A stretch of 64,000 nt of DNA. Source: Bacillota bacterium (GTDB lineage: Bacteria > Bacillota > Halanaerobiia > B1SED10-174). The notes beneath the pieces are model-generated. The model was not told where the DNA came from. It saw only the letters and a list, made by a program, of their open reading frames with translations, and made no database searches. Position numbers and translations under genes: made by a program. Positions 56,005-64,000 of this stretch are shown piece after piece (within the stretch, counting starts at the first letter, position 1; each line of letters begins with the position of its first letter). Location: the NCBI GenBank assembly GCA_007122335.1, contig SKTZ01000071.1, forward strand, positions 2,524-66,523, written 5' to 3'.

Positions 56005-56433
56005 TTATTTCTCCTGACAGGTCGGACAAACCCCATAAACATTAAGCCGATGATCGATAATACTATAGTTTGTTTCTCTGCTTAAATCTTTTTCTAAGTG
56101 ACGCAGGGGGCAGCCCAGAGGTAATACTTCTCCACAACCCATACAGATCAAATGGTGGTGGTGGTCGCCTGTATTTAATTCAAAATACTTCTCCCCTGTT
56201 CCCAGATCAATTTCCCGGATTAAACCCCGCTTACTGAAAGCTTGAAGGTTACGATATACCGTTGATAATTCAAGAAAATCTTCACTGGAGGTTAATTCAC
56301 TAAAAATTTCCCGGGCATTCAGCGGGCCATTGGTTTTAATTAAAACCCTTAGTATTTCTTTTCGCTGACGGGTCAGGCGGAGACCACACTCTCGCAGTTT
56401 TTTCTCCCAGAACTCACACTTTTCCCTAACCAT
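56005..56433 (-). CDS. zur: Fur-family metalloregulator, probably Zur
   Basis: wHTH plus HHHH...CxxC...CxxC metal sites. Last gene of the znu operon. Confidence 0.7.
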   Translation of the reverse strand: MVREKCEFWEKKLRECGLRLTRQRKEILRVLIKTNGPLNAREIFSELTSSEDFLELSTVYRNLQAFSKRGLIREIDLGTGEKYFELNTGDHHHHLICMGCGEVLPLGCPLRHLEKDLSRETNYSIIDHRLNVYGVCPTCQEK

Positions 56434-57289
56434 TTTCCAACCTCTTTTCCTTAAGACCAAGTTCTTTGCGCTCCAGGGCTTTTTTAACCCCTTTTATCAG
56501 AAACGTTAGTAAAAGGATGCAAACACTTCCCAGTATAATAGTTCCTCCCGGAGCAAGATCCCAGTAAAAAGACAAAATCAAACCAGCGTTTACAGAAACA
56601 ACTCCAAACAACATGCTAAAAAAAACGGTTTCTTTGAAGCTCCTGGCAATCTGCAGGGCAGCAGCAACAGGAAGGACAATCAGCGAAGAAATCAAAAGCC
56701 CTCCTATTATTCTCATGGAAAGGGCCACTACAATTGCCACCATTATCATAAAAATTGTGTTGAATAATTTTACTGGTACCCCTGATAATTTCGCTTCTTC
56801 TTCGTTAAAGGCAACAAAGAAAAAACCGTAATAAAAAACCCCTACCCCCAAAGCAATTATTGCCCCCAGGGGAATAATTACCAGCAAGTCCTGCCTCGTT
56901 ACAAGAGAAATGCTACCAAATAAATAGCTGTAAATAGCAACATTACTATCAGAAAGGCTAATCAAGATTGTGGCCATACCCAACCCGCTGGCCAGTATAA
57001 TTGCCAGGGATAATTCAGCATAACCCCGGTAACCTGAATGGCGGAGCTTTTCAATACCTATCGCCGCACAGACAGCCACCACAATAGCAATTGGAACAGG
57101 ATAAATCCCCAGAAAAATACCCAGGGCAACTCCTGCAAGAGCCACATGGGAGAGAGTGTGGCCAATCAAGGAAAGCCTTTTTAAATTCAAAAAAACTCCG
57201 ATCAGGGGAACCACCAGCCCGATTACATTTCCGACCAGAAAACCCCTTTGCATAAATGAATAACTAAATATTTCCGGCATTTCCCTCAC
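56426..57289 (-). CDS. znuB: zinc/manganese ABC transporter permease
   Basis: 8-TM ABC-3 family permease. Confidence 0.8.
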   Translation of the reverse strand: MREMPEIFSYSFMQRGFLVGNVIGLVVPLIGVFLNLKRLSLIGHTLSHVALAGVALGIFLGIYPVPIAIVVAVCAAIGIEKLRHSGYRGYAELSLAIILASGLGMATILISLSDSNVAIYSYLFGSISLVTRQDLLVIIPLGAIIALGVGVFYYGFFFVAFNEEEAKLSGVPVKLFNTIFMIMVAIVVALSMRIIGGLLISSLIVLPVAAALQIARSFKETVFFSMLFGVVSVNAGLILSFYWDLAPGGTIILGSVCILLLTFLIKGVKKALERKELGLKEKRLENG

Positions 57290-58047
57290 TCCTCATGATG
57301 GTGGCTGGGGATTAAAAGCTTATCTTCTTTCCGGGCCTGGCGAATATAATCATTGTAGTCAAACTCACTGGCACAGTGGGGGAAAATCCTGCCCCCACCA
57401 AAACACACAATCCTGTTAACCTGGTTGCTGATTACATGGAGGTCGTGGGAAATCATTATTATCGTTATTCCCAGCTCCCTGTGCAACTGGTTAATTACCT
57501 TGTAGAAATCGTTCTGGGCTTCCTGGTCCACCCCAACAAGGGGTTCATCAAGCAGGATTAAGTCGGGCTCGGTTACCAGGGTTCGGGCAATGAATACTCT
57601 CTGTTGCTGACCTCCCGATAATTTCCCAATGGGTTTGTTTTTTAAGTCTTCCATATCAACCAGTTGCAAAGCTTTTTTTATTCGGGCCTTTAAAGCGGGT
57701 GTTAATAGCTTAAACATCCCCATCTCCTGATATAGGTTGGCTCCAACTATTTCTCCAGCGGTAGCGGGGAAGCTCTGGTTAAATTCACGGACATTCTGGG
57801 AGATATAACCGACCCGGCCCCGGGCAGAAAATTTTTCGGCAGGTTGCCCGAAAATTTTAATTTTCCCTTTCTGGGGTTTTAAAAATCCCAGGATGAGCTT
57901 GAATAAGGTGCTTTTCCCGGACCCGTTGGGACCCAAAAAAGCCACAAATTCACCATTTTTCACTTCCAGGTTAATTTCTTTGAGCACCCAATTGTTTTCA
58001 TAGGCGAAAAACAAATCACTAATTTCGATAATTTTATCCATTTTCAT
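57286..58047 (-). CDS. znuC: zinc/manganese ABC transporter ATP-binding protein
   Basis: Walker A GPNGSGKST, LSGGQQQR signature, ILLDEP Walker B, and a His-rich tail SHHHEE. Confidence 0.8.
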   Translation of the reverse strand: MKMDKIIEISDLFFAYENNWVLKEINLEVKNGEFVAFLGPNGSGKSTLFKLILGFLKPQKGKIKIFGQPAEKFSARGRVGYISQNVREFNQSFPATAGEIVGANLYQEMGMFKLLTPALKARIKKALQLVDMEDLKNKPIGKLSGGQQQRVFIARTLVTEPDLILLDEPLVGVDQEAQNDFYKVINQLHRELGITIIMISHDLHVISNQVNRIVCFGGGRIFPHCASEFDYNDYIRQARKEDKLLIPSHHHEE

Positions 58048-58966
58048 CCACCAGAGCTTTCTTAAGACTCTCCAGATTTTTTTCCATCAGGGAAAAATAA
58101 TCCTCTCCTCTTTCTTTTTCCTCAAGGGTTAAACCCTCAATCGGGTTAAGAGTTGAAATTTCCAGATTTGCCTCTTCAGCCAACACATTGGCGGTCCTTG
58201 GAGCAGCAAGGGTTTCCAGAAAAATGAATTTTATTCCATGTTCCTCAACTTCTCTGACCAGGCGAGCAAGGGCATGGGGCGAAGGTTCCGCGTGCGGAGA
58301 AATCCCGGAAACGGAAATTTCTTTCAAACCAAACCTTGAGGCAAGGTACCCAAAAGCAGCGTGGGAGGTAAGAATATAGTCACTGTATCTCTGTTCCAGA
58401 GCCTTCCTATATTCATCATCTAATTGAATAATCTTTTCTTCATATTCAGCAAAATTTTGAGCGAAGTTGCTGCTATTTTCTGGCCAGTTTTCGGCCAGCT
58501 TATCTCTAACCAGTTCACCAATTTTTATCATGTTATCAAAATCCAGCCAGATATGGGGATCGTATGGCCCATGGTCGTGATCGTGACTGTGGCCATGATC
58601 GTGGTCATGTTCAGGATCTTCACCTAATTTACGTAACCTAGCTACATCACTCACCTTAACCGTCTTAACTCCAGCTTCCTCAAGGTTGGAAACTGCTTTC
58701 TCCGCCCAGGGTTCCATCCCCAGCCCAATATAAAAGAAAATTTCTGCTCCTTCCAAATCAGCCAGTCTCCTGGGAGATGGTTCATAACCATGTGCATCAG
58801 CACCGTGTGGGACAAGTTGTTTTACTTCGACATTTTCTCCTCCGATCAATTCTACTAAATCAAATAAAGGGAAAACGCTTACATAGACAACCGGTCGGGC
58901 CAGGGCCGGGAGAGAAACAAACCCAATTAACAAAAAAATTATTAAAAAACTTACCCTTGATTTCAT
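58034..58966 (-). CDS. znuA: zinc ABC transporter substrate-binding lipoprotein with His/Asp-rich loop
   Basis: Signal peptide (MKSRVSFLIIFLLIGFVSLPA), cluster-9 SBP fold, and the loop EHDHDHGHSHDHDHG characteristic of ZnuA. Confidence 0.8.
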   Translation of the reverse strand: MKSRVSFLIIFLLIGFVSLPALARPVVYVSVFPLFDLVELIGGENVEVKQLVPHGADAHGYEPSPRRLADLEGAEIFFYIGLGMEPWAEKAVSNLEEAGVKTVKVSDVARLRKLGEDPEHDHDHGHSHDHDHGPYDPHIWLDFDNMIKIGELVRDKLAENWPENSSNFAQNFAEYEEKIIQLDDEYRKALEQRYSDYILTSHAAFGYLASRFGLKEISVSGISPHAEPSPHALARLVREVEEHGIKFIFLETLAAPRTANVLAEEANLEISTLNPIEGLTLEEKERGEDYFSLMEKNLESLKKALVDENG

Positions 58967-58984
58967 ATCACTCCTCCTCTTCCT

Positions 58985-59005
58985 CTTGCAAATGGTTTGC
59001 ATTTA
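58985..59005. promoter_or_regulatory. candidate metalloregulator operator (inverted repeat TGCAAA-N3-TTTGCA) at the znuA promoter
   Basis: CTTGCAAATGGTTTGCATTT lies 20-40 nt upstream of the predicted znuA start. The related palindromes TTTGCAAA at 59116-59123 and TTTGCAA at 59166-59172 sit in the same intergenic region. Confidence 0.3.
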
Positions 59006-59185
59006 CAGTTTAATGATATTAAAATTACCTTCCGCTGTCAAGTTTAAGCAGATCTTGGGGAGCAGTAAAACCCTTTTTAAAAACTATTAAAACCGGGAAA
59101 ATATAAATTTGCAAAAGCAGGAAGAAATATTAAATGAGGGAAATAGAAAAATATAAACTTTTAATTTGCAAGGGGGACATGCTGG

Positions 59186-60580
59186 ATGGAAAAAATTTCA
59201 GGTTCTTTTAAAGAAAAATTCGGCAAGATTTTATCGGAAAAAATGGCCAGGGAAAGTATTCCTGGAATGAGCGTGGCGATTGTAAGAGAAGGTGATTTGA
59301 TCTACACAAGGGGCTTTGGAGCCAGGAATCTTCAAAAAAACCTTCCAGTAACTCCGGATACCCTTTTTGGCGTGGGATCCTGTACCAAATCCCTGACTTC
59401 CCTGGCTATCCTGCAGTTAGCGGAAAGAAATTTATTGGACCTTCAGGACCCGGTAAGCAAATATCTGCCCCTTACTGTCGACCAGGGACAAAAACTAATA
59501 ACGGTTCATCACTTAATGTCCATGTCTTCGGGACTTCCCAACCTTGGTGTAGCGGAACAGGTGATTTTCCGTTTTCTGGGGGGCCCCGAAAAATACATCC
59601 CCATCAGCAGTGTTGAAGATCTCATCCAGCATGTTAACGGTGCAGGAGAAGAAATTGCTGCCGAACCCGGAGAGAGAATGTTTTATCTCAATTCTGGCTA
59701 CACCCTCCTCGGAGAAATTGTGGCCAGGGTTAGCGGCAAACCATTTGCTGATTATATCGAAGAAGAAATTCTAAAACCCCTGCAGATGAACCGCTCTACT
59801 TTTTCCCAGAAAAAATTCTCCGGGGATCAAGATATTATGACCCCTTACCTGCAGGAAACCAAAGAAGGAAAAAAGTTATCAAAACCTTCCGAACATCCTT
59901 TTCACCTGTTTATTCACGGGCCAGGGGGTTTGCTCAGTTCGGCCCGCGAAATGGCCAATTACTTAATTTTTCAAATGAAGAGGAAAACATCTCTGGGGCA
60001 AGAACTCCTCGAACCCAAAAGAATGGAGGAAATGTTTGAAATCCACTGTGAAACAGAAGATTCCAGAAACTCCCTTTCCCCGTTTGGTCGAACGGGTTAC
60101 GGATATGGCTGGAATATAGAAAAAGATTTTTTCGGACAAAAACTGATCAGCCATGGCGGATCAACAGGAGTTTCCAGTGCATTCCTGGCCTTCCTCCCTG
60201 GTAAAAAAGTTGGAATTGCAGCTGCAGCAAATGTGGGAGGGCTCCCGGCATCAACACTTCAAGCAGCTTTACTTGAATTTATCGGCCACAAAATGGAGGA
60301 ATTCCCTCCCATAAAAGCAGAGGAAAAAATGGAAAGGTTTACGGGTAAATACGAGTCTTATAAAGGAATAACTGAAGTTTCTGTTGTCAAAAAAAACGGC
60401 TTATTATTCCTGGAAGGACAGCAGGAAAGCTATCCCCTGATACCCAAAACCGAAAACCTGGAGGAAAACCACTTTTATATCTACTCTGGGATAGGTCAAA
60501 AAACAATGGTAGAGTTTTGGGAAAAATATCCCGGAGAAATTGACCTTTTGGTCGAAAGAAACCGCTTCCATAAAAAATAA
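59186..60580 (+). CDS. beta-lactamase-family serine hydrolase (class C/PBP4*-like) with C-terminal beta domain
   Basis: SxxK motif GVGSCTKS, YxN motif YLNSGY, and HGG (ISHGGSTG). Confidence 0.75.
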   Translation: MEKISGSFKEKFGKILSEKMARESIPGMSVAIVREGDLIYTRGFGARNLQKNLPVTPDTLFGVGSCTKSLTSLAILQLAERNLLDLQDPVSKYLPLTVDQGQKLITVHHLMSMSSGLPNLGVAEQVIFRFLGGPEKYIPISSVEDLIQHVNGAGEEIAAEPGERMFYLNSGYTLLGEIVARVSGKPFADYIEEEILKPLQMNRSTFSQKKFSGDQDIMTPYLQETKEGKKLSKPSEHPFHLFIHGPGGLLSSAREMANYLIFQMKRKTSLGQELLEPKRMEEMFEIHCETEDSRNSLSPFGRTGYGYGWNIEKDFFGQKLISHGGSTGVSSAFLAFLPGKKVGIAAAANVGGLPASTLQAALLEFIGHKMEEFPPIKAEEKMERFTGKYESYKGITEVSVVKKNGLLFLEGQQESYPLIPKTENLEENHFYIYSGIGQKTMVEFWEKYPGEIDLLVERNRFHKK

Positions 60581-60593
60581 ACCAAAGAAAAAA

Positions 60594-60627
60594 CTACCCC
60601 TCTTTCCTGGGAAGGGTAGTTTTTTTC
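60594..60627 (+). terminator. bidirectional intrinsic terminator
   Basis: CTACCC...GGGTAG hairpin followed by TTTTTTT and preceded by an A-run. Lies between convergent genes. Confidence 0.8.
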
Positions 60628-60642
60628 TTCTCTTTTTTCATT

Positions 60643-61377
60643 TTATAATATCTGGCTTAAAAACTGTTTGGTTCGAGGATGCTGGGGAGAATCGAAGATT
60701 GCTCCTGGAGTTCCAGTCTCAATGATTTTACCTTCATCCATATAAAATACTCTTTCAGCAACTTCCCTGGCAAAACCCATTTCATGGGTTACAACTGCCA
60801 TGGTCATTCCCTTTTTGGCCAGGTCTTTCATAACATTTAAAACTTCCCCTACAAGCTCGGGGTCCAGAGCAGAAGTAGGTTCATCAAAAAGCATTAACTC
60901 TGGTTTCATTGCCAGGGCCCGGGCTATTGCAACCCGCTGCTTCTGTCCACCGGAAAGCATTTCCGGATATTCATCGGCTTTATCCTCAAGCCCCACCTGC
61001 TCCAAAAGCTCCATTCCTTCTTCCCGGGCTGTTTTTCTTGGAGTACCTGTAACCTGAACGGGACCTTCAATAACATTTTGCATTACTGTCATGTGGGGAA
61101 AAAGGTTGAAATGCTGAAATACCATTCCGATTTTTTTCCGGACCTTGTTCAGGTTCTCCCTGTAAGGATTGATCTCTTTTCCATTTATCCAGATTTCGCC
61201 TTTCTGGGCTTCTTCCAGGAAGTTAATACATCGTAAAAGAGTGCTTTTCCCAGAACCGGAGGCTCCGATGAAAACAACCACCTCCGAAGGGTCAACTTCC
61301 AGAGAAATATCCCTGAGAACGTGAAGGTCTCCAAACCACTTATTTAAATTTTTTAATTTCACAATTGGTTGGCTCAT
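60643..61377 (-). CDS. polar amino-acid ABC transporter ATP-binding protein (GlnQ-like)
   Basis: Walker [18 protein letters not shown] signature, Walker [13 protein letters not shown]. Confidence 0.85.
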   Translation of the reverse strand: MSQPIVKLKNLNKWFGDLHVLRDISLEVDPSEVVVFIGASGSGKSTLLRCINFLEEAQKGEIWINGKEINPYRENLNKVRKKIGMVFQHFNLFPHMTVMQNVIEGPVQVTGTPRKTAREEGMELLEQVGLEDKADEYPEMLSGGQKQRVAIARALAMKPELMLFDEPTSALDPELVGEVLNVMKDLAKKGMTMAVVTHEMGFAREVAERVFYMDEGKIIETGTPGAIFDSPQHPRTKQFLSQIL

Positions 61378-61394
61378 TGCAACCTCCTTGGCTT

Positions 61395-62096
61395 TTAAAG
61401 AATTTCACTGCTCTGCCGTTTAGATGTTTCCAGGGTCTTTTCAATCTTCTGGACAACAACCGAAAACAGGGTCACCAGGATTAAATAAAAGGCACCTGCA
61501 AGCATGTAAAACTCCATCTGCTGGTATGTGGAAGCACCCAAGCGGCGGGAGGTCATATAAATCTCGTTAACAGTTATCAGTCCGGCAAGTGACGAATCCT
61601 TGAGAGCGATAATAAATTGATTGCCCAATGGAGGGATTACCCGGCGCAGGGCCTGGGGAAGGATAATCCTTCTCATGGTCTGGCTCTGGGTCATCCCCAG
61701 TGAACGAGCAGCTTCCGTTTGTCCGGTACTGATAGATTGAATACCACCCCGGAAAATCTCGGCGATATAAGCGCCATTGTGAATTCCAAGACCAATACTT
61801 CCGGCTACAAAGGCACTCAATTCAATTCCAATTCCCGGCAGGGCAAAGTAAATGAAAGAAAGCTGGACAATAAGCGGAGTTCCCCTGATAACGGTAATAT
61901 ATAAATCTGCGATCCGATTAAGCAGTTTTACCCGGGTTAGCTTGGCCAGAGCAGTTACCAGGCCAATAACAATCCCCAGTAAAATTGAAAGCACGGTAAT
62001 TTGAATGGTTATCCAAATCGCCGGTAAAAACAAAGGAGAATACGTTTTGATAAATTCTAATACTGCCATGGCTACCTCCTTTATAAAGAATTCCAA
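61395..62096 (-). CDS. polar amino-acid ABC transporter permease (HisM/GlnP-like)
   Basis: EAA-like loop ([23 protein letters not shown]) and 5 TM helices. Confidence 0.8.
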   Translation of the reverse strand: MEFFIKEVAMAVLEFIKTYSPLFLPAIWITIQITVLSILLGIVIGLVTALAKLTRVKLLNRIADLYITVIRGTPLIVQLSFIYFALPGIGIELSAFVAGSIGLGIHNGAYIAEIFRGGIQSISTGQTEAARSLGMTQSQTMRRIILPQALRRVIPPLGNQFIIALKDSSLAGLITVNEIYMTSRRLGASTYQQMEFYMLAGAFYLILVTLFSVVVQKIEKTLETSKRQSSEIL

Positions 62097-62141
62097 AAAA
62101 AATGGCCGGGTAAGGGCCCGGCCCTTTATTTATCTATTTTA

Positions 62142-62900
62142 CTATTGGGAAATATCCCTGCCAAACCATTTTTCGCTTATTTCCAGGTATGTTCCGTCTT
62201 CTTTCATTTCGGCAAGGGCTGTATTGATTGCCTGAAGTAACTCGGGGTGATCTTTATGGATAGCAACGGCGATTGTTTCCTCATAAAGAAGGTCCCCGGC
62301 AAGTTCGAAATCAAGTTCCATTTCCTCTGTCATGTAAAGTCCGATCAGACGGTCGGTAATTACTCCATCTACCCGACCCAGCTGCAGATCCTGCAGGGTC
62401 TGTTCTTCTGCTTCATAAAGAACAACGTCAGTTACACCTGGCATCTGGCGGGCTTCCTCTTCAAAAGTGGTGCCCACAACAACTGCAATGCGAGCATCTT
62501 CCAGGTCTTCAGGAGATTCTATTCCAGAACCTTCCTGGACCAGAAGCTGTGCACCAGATAGATAATAAGGATCGCTAAAGTTAACCTGCTTGGAACGTTC
62601 CTCAGTTATGGCCATACTTCCCAGAATTGCATCATATCTCTTGGCCTGCAGCCCCCCGATGATGGTATCCCAAGCCGTGGTAACAATTACGGGGGCAAGA
62701 TCCATTCTGCGAGCAATTTCTTTAGCAATATCGACATCAAAACCTACCACTTCCCCGGTTACTTCAACGTAATTAAAGGGTGGATAGGCTCCACTCATGG
62801 CAAAACTGATTTCTTCGTCAGGGATGCCGCCCTGGACAGCTCCAGTTCCAATTCCTAATCCCAAAAACAATACCAGCACAAATCCAATTATTTTACGCAA
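62142..62900 (-). CDS. polar amino-acid ABC transporter substrate-binding protein (family 3 SBP)
   Basis: Signal peptide plus the PBPb fold. TTG start with a GGGAG RBS. Confidence 0.8.
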   Translation of the reverse strand: MRKIIGFVLVLFLGLGIGTGAVQGGIPDEEISFAMSGAYPPFNYVEVTGEVVGFDVDIAKEIARRMDLAPVIVTTAWDTIIGGLQAKRYDAILGSMAITEERSKQVNFSDPYYLSGAQLLVQEGSGIESPEDLEDARIAVVVGTTFEEEARQMPGVTDVVLYEAEEQTLQDLQLGRVDGVITDRLIGLYMTEEMELDFELAGDLLYEETIAVAIHKDHPELLQAINTALAEMKEDGTYLEISEKWFGRDISQ

Positions 62901-63568
62901 ATGTCATCTCCCTTTCCTAGTTTGATAACACGCTTATCCCAAACCAACATGTCATAAAATTAACCAGCAATTTTTTATTTTTTTCGGAAACCTACCAAAA
63001 GGTTCCCCGTTTGCTGGCTTTTTAATTATATCTAACAAACCCGGAAGGAGCAAATCTCCTGTAGTACGATAAAGAGAACCCCTTTAAGCATGCTCAAAGG
63101 GGTATGCGATTAACTGAATTATATTTACATTTAGGGCGAAAATACTCCCTAATTCTCTTATTTTCAAAGGCGGTCGCTCTAGTTTGAGTATTTTTATTCC
63201 TTTGATTGAATATAATCTTTCGGGTCTCTCCCAACTCCCTTTTCACAGGGGCTCAGGTAATTGAATTAAAAATAATCAAGGTTTTTTTACCTTTTTATGG
63301 GATTTTCTCCCGCCAGGAAAAAATTGCAATCCGGATTTTAAAATAACCTTTCATTCCATAGAAACAAAGGCCTGATGGGATTTTCAATTCTCTCCGGTTG
63401 AATATACTTGGACAAAACCTTCTGTTTAAGACAAGTAAATATTCAAGGTAGCTAAAATTAAGAAAATTTTATTCTCTTTGCAAAAAAACCCTTTTTCAGG
63501 AGGTTAATAGTTTGCCAATTGAAATTTCCGCCGGGAAACTGACCTTTTAAATTGCTCTCTTCCAAAGC

Positions 63569-64000
63569 TTAATCCTCTTCCTCGCCGGGTACAAGGTTGC
63601 CCAGTTTGTTTTGTAAACGTCTAAAATGAGAACCCCTCCAGTAAATTTTGTTACAACCAGGGCAGAGTTTGAATTTCCGGTAATATTTTTTTGTTTTGGG
63701 CTCCAGGCGATCCCAGATTTCTTCCGGGTTTACCGTTTTTAATATTGTATTGCAACCAGGGCAGCGGCTCAGGGGTTTTATTTTTTCTCTAAGATTGAAA
63801 TAATCCAGGACCTCTTCTAATTGAAAGTAGGGGTCATCACTGCGGGGCATATAACCCTGGGAAACCCTGCTTGTTTTCAAGTCAGAAAGTTTCCGGGTGA
63901 GGACAATCCGGTCCGCCTCTTCCGCTTCACCTTTAAAAACCACATCTAAGCCCAAAACTCTCATTAAACGGACCAGTTTGCCCAAATGATCAGCCGCCAA
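63569..64000 (-). CDS. Mut7-C/DUF82 PIN-like RNase domain protein with C-terminal zinc ribbon (C-terminal part; gene continues beyond window end)
   Basis: CPGCN...CPGCN zinc ribbon and the DUF82 C-terminal signature. Truncated at the window edge. Confidence 0.55.
   Translation of the reverse strand: MAADHLGKLVRLMRVLGLDVVFKGEAEEADRIVLTRKLSDLKTSRVSQGYMPRSDDPYFQLEEVLDYFNLREKIKPLSRCPGCNTILKTVNPEEIWDRLEPKTKKYYRKFKLCPGCNKIYWRGSHFRRLQNKLGNLVPGEEED

Noticed and set aside
58540-58620. His/Asp-rich repetitive stretch (HDHDHGHSHDHDHG) that looks like a simple repeat at DNA level
   Set aside because: It is the characteristic metal-binding loop of ZnuA-type SBPs and is in frame within znuA. Not a CRISPR or tandem-repeat element.
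62901-63568. Possible glycine, SAM or T-box riboswitch in the long leader of the amino-acid ABC operon
   Set aside because: GGAGAG and CAUCAGGC fragments exist but do not align to the glycine-riboswitch core. No GGGTGGNACCGCG T-box sequence and no S-box/L-box conserved blocks were found. It is kept only as an unclassified structured leader in the findings.
1-64000. CRISPR arrays, transposases, integrases, prophage genes, rRNA/tRNA genes
   Set aside because: No direct-repeat/spacer periodicity, no DDE/tyrosine-recombinase-like ORFs, and no tRNA-like cloverleaf sequences were recognised in any intergenic region.

Overview
This 64 kb window looks like a chromosomal segment from a low-GC Firmicutes/Clostridia-type anaerobe, roughly 43-45% GC by eye. 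About 85% of the genes lie on the minus strand. The first ~38 kb is a syntenic housekeeping block (the same order as the B. subtilis yqe/yqf region), listed gene by gene in the features. I added three genes that the ORF track misses: a partial glyQ at the left edge with its T-box riboswitch leader, rpsU (58 codons), and the true 5' end of selD, which reads through an in-frame UGA (selenocysteine) codon followed by a SECIS-like hairpin. A CIRCE operator sits in front of hrcA. From ~38.5 to 55 kb the content is mixed and accessory-like. It holds a DegV protein, a HAD hydrolase, a macro-domain protein, a nitroreductase, TrmI, a PspC-domain protein, a DDAH/ADI-superfamily hydrolase paired with an APC permease, and an ABC-2 transporter with an S9 peptidase. 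It also holds a small cluster of two SAM methyltransferases, CutA, an HExxH protein and a small glycine-zipper membrane peptide. The most unusual element is a pair of tandem, independently transcribed 441-aa paralogous secreted proteins (51444-54267). Each has a signal peptide, a CsgG/LpoB-like N-domain, a Big_2 Ig-like domain and a beta-strand-rich C-terminus. The pair is flanked by a DUF123 GIY-YIG-like gene. The right end carries a zur-znuBCA operon with repeated TTTGCAAA palindromes in its divergent promoter region, a beta-lactamase-family serine hydrolase, a polar amino-acid ABC transporter preceded by a 668-bp non-coding leader, and a partial Mut7-C/PIN gene. I found no CRISPR array, transposase, integrase or tRNA/rRNA gene. 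All calls rest on reading the sequence and on recalled family signatures, with no database search.
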